Virus record (IMG/VR): IMGVR_UViG_3300046167_000554
Coordinates: 32,001 to 96,000 of that record
Source: a virus
DNA length: 64,000 nt
Strand: one strand, 5' to 3'
Both the position numbers and the translations under genes were made by a program. Numbering within the stretch: the first letter of the stretch is position 1; every line of letters begins with the position of its first letter. This document shows positions 38,499 to 48,164 of the stretch, piece after piece. The notes beneath the pieces were generated by a model, which did not search any database, was not told the origin of the DNA, and was given only the letters and a program-made list of their open reading frames with translations.

Positions 38499-38947
38499 TT
38501 CTTTTTTCCTTTCTTAGGTACTAAGTGGTCTTCAGTTAATATTCGGAACCCATACTTTCTATCGTTACAGTATTCATTTGCAGCTGCAAACTTTGCTTGA
38601 TTGACAACGTAGGTTGCAACTTCGTTGAGGTAACGTTTGGTTTGTCGTTTAGGTTCCTTCGGGGGTTTGAGTTGTTTCTTGGGTTTAACCTCTATAATCT
38701 CACGGACTATTTGTCCCTTTGTGGTTACATACTTTATAAAGAAGTCAGGAAAGTATCTATGTACTCTTTTATCAACAGGTGATATGTAAGGAATTACAAT
38801 TTCTTCACTTCCCCATTCGATAATTGCAGTGTTGTTATCACAATACATCATGAATCTTCGTTCCCAAAGAGAACGATAATAGATTTTTGTAGGGTCTCCT
38901 CTATATTTTTTGTAGTTCTTTGGTTTAAACTTCCCACTGTATGACAT
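38495..38947 (-). CDS. gp4: Head completion nuclease gp4
   Basis: YSGKFKPKN..KY.GDP..I.YRSLWE; W.SEE..IPY; RYFPDF; IEVKP; NQAK. Confidence 0.93.
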   Translation of the reverse strand: MSYSGKFKPKNYKKYRGDPTKIYYRSLWERRFMMYCDNNTAIIEWGSEEIVIPYISPVDKRVHRYFPDFFIKYVTTKGQIVREIIEVKPKKQLKPPKEPKRQTKRYLNEVATYVVNQAKFAAANEYCNDRKYGFRILTEDHLVPKKGKKK

Positions 38948-38985
38948 AAATAACAATACTATATTAACGAATATAACTATTTATA
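38945..38985. promoter_or_regulatory. Overlapping late promoters for the divergent gp4 and gp48 operons
   Basis: CATAAATA (+, 38945) and TATAAATA (-, 38978-38985). Confidence 0.65.
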
Positions 38986-38997
38986 CAGGACAAATGC

Positions 38998-40209
38998 ATG
39001 GCATCTCTAGACAAACTACTAGGTAAAATTGAAAAAGCTCAGTCAGCAATCAAATCTTTCAAAGGAACAGTATCAAAATTCAAGAATCTAAACTTCAATT
39101 CATTGGTTGATGAACTTGCAGAACAGAAAGGTCTTGCAAATAGTATACTAGATGCACGAAGAAGTTCTCTGCAAAGACAGTTGTCTGCAAAGAACACATC
39201 CAAACGTGCATGTAAAGGTCTACCTGATGAGAACACTAAGGATTTTATGTATCCACAAGACTTGGATTTTCATGAAAATTATATAACCTTTAGGTCTAGA
39301 CCTAGACAATTGCAATCTTTGAGTGATGGTACAACAGAAAGTCAAAGTGGTATACTAGGTAGAAGTGCAGAATTTGAAGTACATCTATACATTCCCGACA
39401 CACTTCTATCCCAAGCAAATGTTCAATATAAACAAGAAAGTATGGGTGGTATTAATAGAGTTGTAACTGATTTAATTACAGACCCAGGCTCATTAGGTGG
39501 TACTGGAACTAAGGAAGCACTAGCAAATACGGCACTCAGTACTGCAGTGAAGTTTGCATCTACCCTAAGTGGGGGTGGAGTTGAAGCAAGAGCTGGTATT
39601 GCAATAAATCCTATGAAGGAAATGATGTTTGAGGGTATAGGATTCCGTTCATGGAACTTTACATATGAATTTTACCCTAGAAGTAATTGGGAAGCAGCAG
39701 AAATAAACCATATCATTTATGCATTTAGAACTGCTATGTTACCCGACACATTTAATTTTGACTTGTTTGAGGGTGGTAATTCAAGTGCTCAAATGTTCCA
39801 AGACCAGTTCTTTAACTACCCCAATATATTTGATATAAGTTTTAACGGCCCGATTAAAGATAGAGTGGATGGGTTTCTTCCAGCAGTTTGCACTAAGTGT
39901 GATGTTGACCATACAGGTGGTCAGAAGTTCTCAGTATATGAAGATGGTCAACCTGTTAAATCTACCATGACATTAGAGTTTATGGAAATAAGGTTAATGA
40001 CACAAAATAATTATCAAACTCTTTCTCCCGTATCTAATAAGGGTGGTCTTCTTAAACTCAAAGAAGGGGGTTCTATAATAGAAGGAGACCGAATGACTCT
40101 TGGTGATTTGAAGAATAATTATACAGAACTGGGTACAAGTCTTAAGAAAAATATCGGTGGATTTTTAGGTGACAAAAATATGTCAGGCGAAAATGATGGG
40201 GGTGATTAA
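38998..40209 (+). CDS. gp48: Baseplate tail-tube cap gp48
   Basis: YP.DL, LYIP, NP..E..F.G..FRS..F...F.PRS..EA, P..F.I and L.F.E motifs. Confidence 0.85.
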   Translation: MASLDKLLGKIEKAQSAIKSFKGTVSKFKNLNFNSLVDELAEQKGLANSILDARRSSLQRQLSAKNTSKRACKGLPDENTKDFMYPQDLDFHENYITFRSRPRQLQSLSDGTTESQSGILGRSAEFEVHLYIPDTLLSQANVQYKQESMGGINRVVTDLITDPGSLGGTGTKEALANTALSTAVKFASTLSGGGVEARAGIAINPMKEMMFEGIGFRSWNFTYEFYPRSNWEAAEINHIIYAFRTAMLPDTFNFDLFEGGNSSAQMFQDQFFNYPNIFDISFNGPIKDRVDGFLPAVCTKCDVDHTGGQKFSVYEDGQPVKSTMTLEFMEIRLMTQNNYQTLSPVSNKGGLLKLKEGGSIIEGDRMTLGDLKNNYTELGTSLKKNIGGFLGDKNMSGENDGGD

Positions 40210-40211
40210 TC

Positions 40212-40923
40212 ATGGCAAATGAACTTTTTCAAGAACTTCCCCAATGTTGAGTATACACTTAATGATGGTAAGGTAATATCAATCAAAGACTTTTTCCGAA
40301 AGTCTAAAATAGAAACAGAAGCACTCGACAGTTTAGTTTCATACACTTACTATGAAATACAAGATGGTGAAAGACCCGATGTAGTTGCAACTAAACTATA
40401 TGGTAATGGTGACTTGCATTGGACATTGTTCCTTGCAAACGAATTTACTAACTACAATGATTGGCATAAAGACAACCAAACCTTTGAGACATACATGAGT
40501 GAAAAGTATGAAGGTCAGTACCTAGTCGGAAATGAAACAACAGATATTATAACATCAACCAATAAGTTTTTACTAGGAGAGAAGATAACTTCAACAGGTA
40601 AAGAAGCACACGTAGTTAAGGTCGACCCAACTATGAAACGTATTGGTGTTATAGGAAATCAGTTTGATGGTAATGATGTGGTAACAGGAAGTGTTAGTGG
40701 TAAGTCAATGACTGTACTTAATGCAATAGAACAGAGAGATGGTATTGCATATTATAAAGACCTCAATGGAGTTAGAAAGAACTTCTTTGAGAATGGGTTC
40801 TCTTCTGTATCTTTCTTTGATGAAGAATGGGAAACAAACGAAGCAAAAAGAAGAATAAAAGTGATACGTCCCGAATTGATTTCTGCAGTAGTTAATCAGT
40901 TTGAACGTATTATGTCAGTATAA
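40212..40923 (+). CDS. gp53: Baseplate wedge gp53 (1-nt indel near the start)
   Basis: F..FP...Y; I.DGERPD..A..LYG...LHW...L.N; NE.KR.IK.I.P. Confidence 0.9.
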
Positions 40924-40926
40924 ACT

Positions 40927-42360
40927 ATGAGTAGTAATCATAAAGCAGGTGAATTTTTCATTGAGGCAATATCAATTGTTACTCAAGCAGGTGATGTAGT
41001 TGATATAACAAAAATTGTAGTAATTTTAGAATGTATGAAAGTATATACGAAAATGTTTACAACTGCAGACATCATGGTTTTGGATGGAGTCAACTTACTT
41101 AAGAATTATGAGATTGTAGGACAGGAAAATGTAAGAATATCTGTAAGACAGAAAGAAGGTTTGGAAGATAAGTCTGATAACTCTCAATCTATAGATAGAA
41201 CATTTAGAATTACAAAGATTCATAACATTCAACGTATAAACGAAACCACACAAGCCTATCAACTTTTATGTCAAGACCCTAGGATGATACAAGTACAGAA
41301 GGAAAGAATTTCTCAATGTCTCTATGGTTCTTACAGTGCAATGATATTAGGGTATCCTAACTAACAGTATTAAATTAAGAAAGAAGAGACCGAGGCATGG
41401 GTAGACACAATGCCTGCAAACAACCAATTCTAGCACCCGACATGACTGTTTATAATTGCATTAAACATATGGTTAGTAATGCAAATACTTCTCTAGATGC
41501 ACCATGGAGAAACTCATGTTTCTTTTATCAAACACTCAATGGTGGTTTTAGATTCCATGATATTGCAGAAATGTATCAAAGAGAACATCCAGTTGTTTTC
41601 ACTAGAACTCCTAAGAATGTAGATAAAGAGAATTATGATATAAACATAAACTCTCCACGAGGATTGAATACACAAATACTAGACATTCATAGACCACAAG
41701 CTTTCGATGCATTAACAGGTGTTACAAGTGGTATGTATGCGTCTACACTTAGAGTGTGGAATCCAATAACACAAAGAGTAGAAGAACACATTTACAATAT
41801 GAAAGATGCATTCAACAGGGATGGTCATATGCATAAACCTTCTGCACATATAGATGTCCAAGAAATTACTGCAACACCTGATGATGCAATAACAACATCA
41901 GACCAAAAGTATTCACAAACAGATATTCAACCTGCGGTGAATGAATCATTTGATTCTAAGATTGTTAATGTCGACACCATGGTTCATTCGTATGGTAATG
42001 CAACAACACTAGATGCACCACAACCTTTCTTAGGTGAAACATATGATGACAATGGTGTACTAGAAAGAAATGCATTGATGCATTTACTTCATCAAAATAT
42101 GTATACAGTAGTAGTTCCATTTAGAACAGACCTAACTGTAGGGACAAGTCGTTAAACTTATGATACCTGAACCTGAAACAGATAAACCTGAAGGTACAGT
42201 AGATAAGAAGAATGATAATCGATACTTAATAACTGAAATAAAACTTATGGGTAAACCAGCAGACAACCAAGGGACTTTAACAATGACTTGTGTTAGAGAA
42301 GGTATATCAAAAGAATTAGAACCGAGTGTAAGCAAAATGAGTCAACAAATACACCCGAGG
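40927..42360 (+). CDS. Baseplate hub/tail protein (gp27-like), several apparent frameshifts
   Basis: Lies between gp53 and gp5; fragments I.G.E.V.I, FFYQTL.GGF.F and RYLITEI occur in successive frames. Confidence 0.65.
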
Positions 42361-42363
42361 ATG

Positions 42364-43428
42364 ATGAGTTTTTATGGAGTCGTAGAAGATAGACATGACC
42401 CTATGAAGATAGGTAGAGTTCGTGTTCGTATACATGGAATTCACAATGCAGATAAAACACAAATTGCAACACCTGATTTACCATGGGCCCAAGTTCTACT
42501 ACCAACAACCTCAGCAGGTCTATCAGGATTTGGAACACAACATGGACTCGTAGAAGGGTCTACAGTATTTGGTTTCTTTAGAGATTCGTCTCAACAGAAC
42601 CCAATCATTACTGGAACAGTAGCAGGTATCCCACAAGAAGGATGGAAGGTTGACGTTACAGGTAAAGAAGTTGCACGTAGTGTGGAGACTGGGTTCAATG
42701 ACCCAAGAAGGGTTGGTGAAGGAATCAGTGCATATACAGATACTATTGATGGAGTTGCAACTACTGAAAACCCTAATAGAAGTTGGGGACTAGAAGTAGG
42801 ATTAGACGATTCTCCTCAGATACCCGAAAGTATATCATTAAATTACTATCCAAAAGCAGACAAGGAAACTGGTAAAACTCTTGAAGCTTCTACTATCACG
42901 GAACCAACAACCAAAGAAACACCTTACTACCCATTAGAGTTTGGAGTAAGTGATGTAGACATCCATGCAAGAGGTGAGATAACATATGCAGACAGAGACT
43001 TTTCTCTATTAGATAACATGTCTTATGTCACTAAAGCAAAACCAGTTTACCCATTCAATAAAACCCTGAAGACAGAGTCAGGACATCTACTTGAGTTAGA
43101 CGATACAGTAGGTGCAGAAAGAATATCAGTTGCACATAGGTCGGGAACATTCCATTCAATAGAACCCGATGGGTCACAAATGACTAGAATAGTCAATGAC
43201 CAATACACTGTAATATGCAAAGACAATGAAGTGCATATCGGTGGTAAAGTAAATGTTGTGATAATGGGTGACTCTAATATTAAGACATATGGTGATGTTA
43301 AATTGAAGGGTTATGGTAAAGGTGAGATTGATGTTACAGGAACAATGCTTATTAAGTCAGGTGATAACATGACTATTCAATCTGCAAAAGTATTGTCCCT
43401 AAAAGGTCAAGTCGTACAACAAGGATAA
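42364..43428 (+). CDS. gp5: Baseplate central spike gp5 (OB-fold plus beta-helix, no lysozyme domain)
   Basis: GVVEDR.DP...GRVRVR..G.H, LPWA, G..VFGFF.D, YP.N....ESGH..E.DDT.G.ERI...HRSGT. Confidence 0.9.
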   Translation: MSFYGVVEDRHDPMKIGRVRVRIHGIHNADKTQIATPDLPWAQVLLPTTSAGLSGFGTQHGLVEGSTVFGFFRDSSQQNPIITGTVAGIPQEGWKVDVTGKEVARSVETGFNDPRRVGEGISAYTDTIDGVATTENPNRSWGLEVGLDDSPQIPESISLNYYPKADKETGKTLEASTITEPTTKETPYYPLEFGVSDVDIHARGEITYADRDFSLLDNMSYVTKAKPVYPFNKTLKTESGHLLELDDTVGAERISVAHRSGTFHSIEPDGSQMTRIVNDQYTVICKDNEVHIGGKVNVVIMGDSNIKTYGDVKLKGYGKGEIDVTGTMLIKSGDNMTIQSAKVLSLKGQVVQQG

Positions 43429-43433
43429 TTATA

Positions 43434-45272
43434 ATGACAGAAGAAAAGGTAGTTGTTACACCAGGCTTAGTTGTAGCTGAAACTGCAAATGCATTGAAGG
43501 TTGTATTACCTACTGCACTTCCATGTCCGACTGAGGACATATTCTCTATACCTTCAGTAGAAGATTTACTAAAACCTCTTTTAGAAATTGCACAACTTCC
43601 CGAGAAGTTGGATGCAAAACTAGCTTTGATGAAGAAAGAGAAGGAAGAAGAGATAGTCCTACTCGTCAAGAAGTTGGAGAACCCCGACTTAACTGCAGAG
43701 GAAAGAGCTGCAATACTAGAAGAGATAAGAATTGCAGAAGACTATGTTGACAATGTTATTATGGGTGAACTCTTTGAACAGTTCAGAGACATAAAAAAAT
43801 CTATTGAAAAGTATTTTGATAAATTACAAAAACTACTTAGTCCATATTGGAAAGAGTCCGAAGGGAAGAAAAATTTACAACAGGAACTTACGGATGCTAT
43901 CGATGAGTTGGTTGCAGATTTTCATATGTATATTCCTAACAAAATATCAGAGTTGATAGGAAAAATTGTACCACTTAGTTTAACCATTAACATCCTAGGT
44001 TTATCAATTGATATTGTTAAATTGGTAACTACTCCTTCTTATAGGGATGAGATAACAGACCAAATAGCTGGGAAGAATTTTGTAACTCAAATTATATCTA
44101 AAAGAAAACGACTTGCAGAAGTTAACAAAGAGTTAATGAATGCAAAGAACATGACTATAGAACAAATTGAGACATTAGAGAAACAGAAAGAACAACTAGA
44201 AAAAGAAATCCTTGCACTAGAAGAAAAGAGACGTGCATGGGTTGATAAGTTTTTTAATTTAGTTCCTGATGCAATCAGGAAGTTTGATGGTAAACTCTCA
44301 GAACTTAATGAAGATAGAAAGGCAAAACTCACATGGGACTACATCAAAACAGAAATTAAAGAATGGGTTACGAATGCACATATAAAAGCATTAGAGAAAC
44401 TTATTGATTTGTTTGATGAGATATGGGACTTACTTGGATTACCCGAGTTACCAATATCATCTATACAAGAACTATTGACAATGGACATACCTGCGTTAAT
44501 AGAAAAGGTCAAAGCATCCCTAAAGAGAAAGTTTCAAACTACTGCTAGTGAACTTAGAGAAAAGATTGCAGAGATTGATAAGAAACTGGAAACTGAAACC
44601 GACCCTGCTACGATTGATAAACTAAACGAAGAGAAGAGAGAACTAGAACAGAAACTTTTAGATGAGAAAGGAAAGTATCTAAGACAATTGGAAGAAGCAG
44701 TACTTGGATTTGAGATACCAATTATAGGAATGACCATTGAGGAGATAATAGGAAAGGATACTCGTACTAATTCAACCCTTGAAGAAAGACTACAAAGATT
44801 TGAAGAAAGGTTAGTAGACTTCAAAGAGAACTGGCAACAGAAACTTCTCTTTGCATGGGTCAAGTTAATAAAGAAATTCCTACAAGCAATCGGATTAGGT
44901 AAGTTAATCGATATGTTATTGTTAACTATGTGTGACTTCCTAAACCTAATTGGAAATCCATTTGCAGCTATGATTACTATACCTAATTTAGATGGTATAA
45001 TAGATTCATCCACATACAAACCTACAGTTCGTGTTGCAAATAAGAGTGACAGTAGTCTAGACTCAACATTAAAGGCCTCAGATGGAACTGCATTGGGTAA
45101 TTCATTCCCTATCGATGGTAATAGTGGAGATTTATATGTATTTGTTAATGGAGTCAGACAAGTTGAGGGTTCTGCAGACAATGAGTTTAGTGTAGTTGGT
45201 AACAATATAGTTATGAACACATTATTAGATGAAGGTTTGGTTGTTTGTGCAATTAAGGTTCCAACTGATTAA
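43434..45272 (+). CDS. Coiled-coil structural protein with C-terminal beta domain
   Basis: Heptad-rich helices; C-terminal VFVNGVRQ module. Confidence 0.6.
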   Translation: MTEEKVVVTPGLVVAETANALKVVLPTALPCPTEDIFSIPSVEDLLKPLLEIAQLPEKLDAKLALMKKEKEEEIVLLVKKLENPDLTAEERAAILEEIRIAEDYVDNVIMGELFEQFRDIKKSIEKYFDKLQKLLSPYWKESEGKKNLQQELTDAIDELVADFHMYIPNKISELIGKIVPLSLTINILGLSIDIVKLVTTPSYRDEITDQIAGKNFVTQIISKRKRLAEVNKELMNAKNMTIEQIETLEKQKEQLEKEILALEEKRRAWVDKFFNLVPDAIRKFDGKLSELNEDRKAKLTWDYIKTEIKEWVTNAHIKALEKLIDLFDEIWDLLGLPELPISSIQELLTMDIPALIEKVKASLKRKFQTTASELREKIAEIDKKLETETDPATIDKLNEEKRELEQKLLDEKGKYLRQLEEAVLGFEIPIIGMTIEEIIGKDTRTNSTLEERLQRFEERLVDFKENWQQKLLFAWVKLIKKFLQAIGLGKLIDMLLLTMCDFLNLIGNPFAAMITIPNLDGIIDSSTYKPTVRVANKSDSSLDSTLKASDGTALGNSFPIDGNSGDLYVFVNGVRQVEGSADNEFSVVGNNIVMNTLLDEGLVVCAIKVPTD

Positions 45273-45280
45273 CGGAGTGT

Positions 45281-45288
45281 TATAAATA
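45281..45288 (+). promoter_or_regulatory. Late promoter
   Basis: TATAAATA 5 nt before the gp25 ATG. Confidence 0.8.
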
Positions 45289-45293
45289 GAAGT

Positions 45294-45716
45294 ATGGCAG
45301 TTAATATTAAATCAGAAGGCAAGAATGTTGCAACTCCGAACAGGTATAAAGACTTAGATATTTTCTTTACACCTCATCCAGTCACGGGTGACATAACAGT
45401 AAAAACTGATACGGATGCAATAAGACGTTCTGTAAGAAACATAGTCCTAACCAATAAATATGAGAGACCATTTAAACCAAATTTTGGTGGTTCTCTTAGA
45501 GACATGTTGTTCGAATTGGACACTATGCCGAAAATTAGAAGGGTAAAAGAACGAATAGTAAAAACTGTAGAAACATTTGAACCTAGAGTTAATAACGTAT
45601 CAGTAATATTAGAAGAGAGTCAAAATACAAACACAATTAGATGTACTATATTCTATAATATCAACAATAGTGTATCTAATCAGAGAGTAGAATTCACACT
45701 AACAAGGGCAAGATAA
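45294..45716 (+). CDS. gp25: Baseplate wedge gp25
   Basis: YKDLD..F..HP.T.D; AI..SV.NI.LT...ERPF.P.FG; FEPRV. Confidence 0.95.
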   Translation: MAVNIKSEGKNVATPNRYKDLDIFFTPHPVTGDITVKTDTDAIRRSVRNIVLTNKYERPFKPNFGGSLRDMLFELDTMPKIRRVKERIVKTVETFEPRVNNVSVILEESQNTNTIRCTIFYNINNSVSNQRVEFTLTRAR

Positions 45717-47588
45717 TGGCAGTAAACAGTTCACAAATAAACGTAACAGATTTAGACTTCGATAGTATCTCTGATAATCTTAAAAACTATCTTAAAGGAC
45801 AGGACAAATTTAAAGACTATGACTTTGAAGGGTCTAGTATGTCTGTTCTTATTGACTTACTTTCATATGCATCACATATCGGTGCAGTGAACACTAATAT
45901 TGCAGCCTCAGAATTATTTTTAGACTCTGCACAATTAAGAAAGAATGTAGTGTCTCGTGCAAAGGATTTAGGTTTTACACCTGCTTCGGAAGTGTGTGCA
46001 AGTGCAACAGTAGATGTAACAATTAATGATGTTAGAAACCCTGATGGAACTTACCCGACACCCACTCAGATGACTATGCCTAGAGGAACTATTTTCTCTA
46101 CAACCTTTGATGGAGTTAACTACTACTTTGTGGTTACATCTTCAGCATTACCATCACAAAATAACACAACTTTCTTGTATTCAATGGTAGAAATAGTCCA
46201 AGGGACATATGCAACAGACCAATACGTGGTAGATACACAAATCAAAAACAATAAGTTTGTGTTATCAAATGGAAGAGTAGACAAAGCAAGAATGGTAGTA
46301 AGTGTAAATTCAGGTGGTGTATCTGAAACTTTTGCACTTGCAACAGATGTATCTGCAATCAAATCTACTACAGCAGTTTACTACACTCAAGAAAACGAAG
46401 ATGGATTTACCGAAATATATTTTGGTGACGGAGTACTAGGTAAAAAACTACTAGATGGTGATATCATAAGTGCAACATACATTATCGTAGATGCACAACA
46501 CGCTAATGGTGCAAAAAGATTTGCACAACAAACTGCAATCAATAGTTATGCAAGTTCAACTGTAATCACTACTGTAAATGCAAATGGTGGTGCAGAGAAA
46601 GAAAGTATAGAGTCAATCAAGTTTAAGGCAAACAAATTTTACACTTCACAAAACAGATTGGTAACCCTTAACGACTACAAAGCAAAAGTACAAGAGTATT
46701 ATCCGAATGCAGATGCAGTTGCAGTATGGGGTGGTGAAGACAATGACCCACCAGTATATGGTAAAGTATTCGTTGCACTTAAACCTAAGAATGCAGATTA
46801 CTTATCAGAAACAGAGAAGAAACAAATTAAAGGTCAACTTAACAAATTAAACATGTTAACTGTTAGACCCGAATTGATTGACCCCGAAATTGTTAAGATA
46901 CTTATCTCAACAGTATTCAAGTATGATGCATCTAAGACAGATTTATCAATAGGTGAATTGCAAACATTAGTAACTGGTGCAATCAATGAGTTTGATAATA
47001 CAAACCTAAAAGACTTTGATGCAGTATTCAGACATTCAAATCTATTGAAAGCAATTGACGATGCAGACAATTCAGTTCTATCCAATATTACAAACATTAG
47101 ACTTAGGAAAGCAGCCCAAGCTAAGATTAATCAAGAAGTAGGTTATACAGTAGACTTTGGTAATGGATTCAATAATCCCCATTCAGGACACAATAAGGAT
47201 GCTGGTGGTATTACAACTACTACTGGTTTCATGGTATCGGGAGATTCAGTCAACACACAATATTATGACGATGATGGAAGTGGTAACCTAAGACGTTACT
47301 ATCTATCAGGGTCAACAAGAGTTTATCAGGATAATGAATGCTGGAACAGTGGATTATTCTAAAGGAAAGATTTCAATCAATGCCATCATGTTTACCTCAA
47401 CAGTAAACGTTGATAGTACGATTGACTTTACAGTTATCCCATCAGGTAACGATGTAGTTGCAATTAGAGGTTCTCTAATTGACATATCAACATCTGATGT
47501 TAAGGTAACTGCTGAAGTAGACACCATCGCAAGTGGTGAAAGTAGTGCTGGAGTTGGGTATACATCCACCTCTAGTAGTTCATATTAA
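45716..47588 (+). CDS. gp6: Baseplate wedge gp6 (frameshift near 47338)
   Basis: LDFD.I..NLK..L..Q..F.DYDFEGS; ELFLDSA..R..VVS.AK; FGDG; QNR.VT..DY; WGGE; GTVDY..G.I in the second frame. Confidence 0.95.
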
Positions 47589-47671
47589 TATGAATAAAGT
47601 GGTCTGAGATGGTAGGTTCCATGCTCAGAGTAAGCATTCCATTAACTTGGTTTTTATAGGAGAAAAACAAA

Positions 47672-48148
47672 ATGGCAGATAAAAAAATAAGTGCATTAAC
47701 ATCAGTTTCAGATAGTGATATCGGTGCAGATGATTTATTACACATTGTAGATAACCCAGGCGGAACACCTGTAAACAAGAAGATGACTATTGGTCAACTT
47801 TTTGAAAACATTCCAACTCACCTTGCAGTTGACGACATTACAACTTTGTCTTCAACAGCAGCAGCTAACCTTGCTAGTTCTTTTGCATCTGCATTAGACC
47901 TTTCAGGTGCTGGTAGTGATATTGCGTTTACATTAGATGACGGAACAGACGTAGGTCAGTTAAAAATCATCTATATGAAAACTGCACCAGCTGGTTCGTA
48001 TATGGCTGACATCACAGTAGAATCATGGGGATATTCCTCAGATGAAACTGAACAGATTAAGTTAAATGCGTTAGGTGATGCAGTAATATGTTTTTGGGAT
48101 GGTTCCAAATGGTTCCCTATCACAAATCATGGTGCAACATTAACTTAA
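47672..48148 (+). CDS. Virion structural protein (MADKKISAL-type N-terminus)
   Basis: SD AGGAG; MADKKISALT...DLLHIVD; C-terminal WDGSKW. Confidence 0.65.
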   Translation: MADKKISALTSVSDSDIGADDLLHIVDNPGGTPVNKKMTIGQLFENIPTHLAVDDITTLSSTAAANLASSFASALDLSGAGSDIAFTLDDGTDVGQLKIIYMKTAPAGSYMADITVESWGYSSDETEQIKLNALGDAVICFWDGSKWFPITNHGATLT

Positions 48149-48164
48149 TATAGGATAACCATAA

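Noticed and set aside
38495-38947. TnsA transposase or mobile element
   Set aside because: The motifs and position opposite gp48 identify T4 gp4, which shares the TnsA-like fold; no transposon ends.
42160-43428. 422-aa gp5 with an N-terminal extension
   Set aside because: The first ~67 residues belong to the frameshifted upstream hub gene; gp5 homology starts at MSFYGVVEDR (42364).
47330-47365. Programmed frameshift in gp6 (and in iscA, gp53, gp54)
   Set aside because: The breaks fall within conserved domains with no plausible two-product logic; best explained as sequencing indels.
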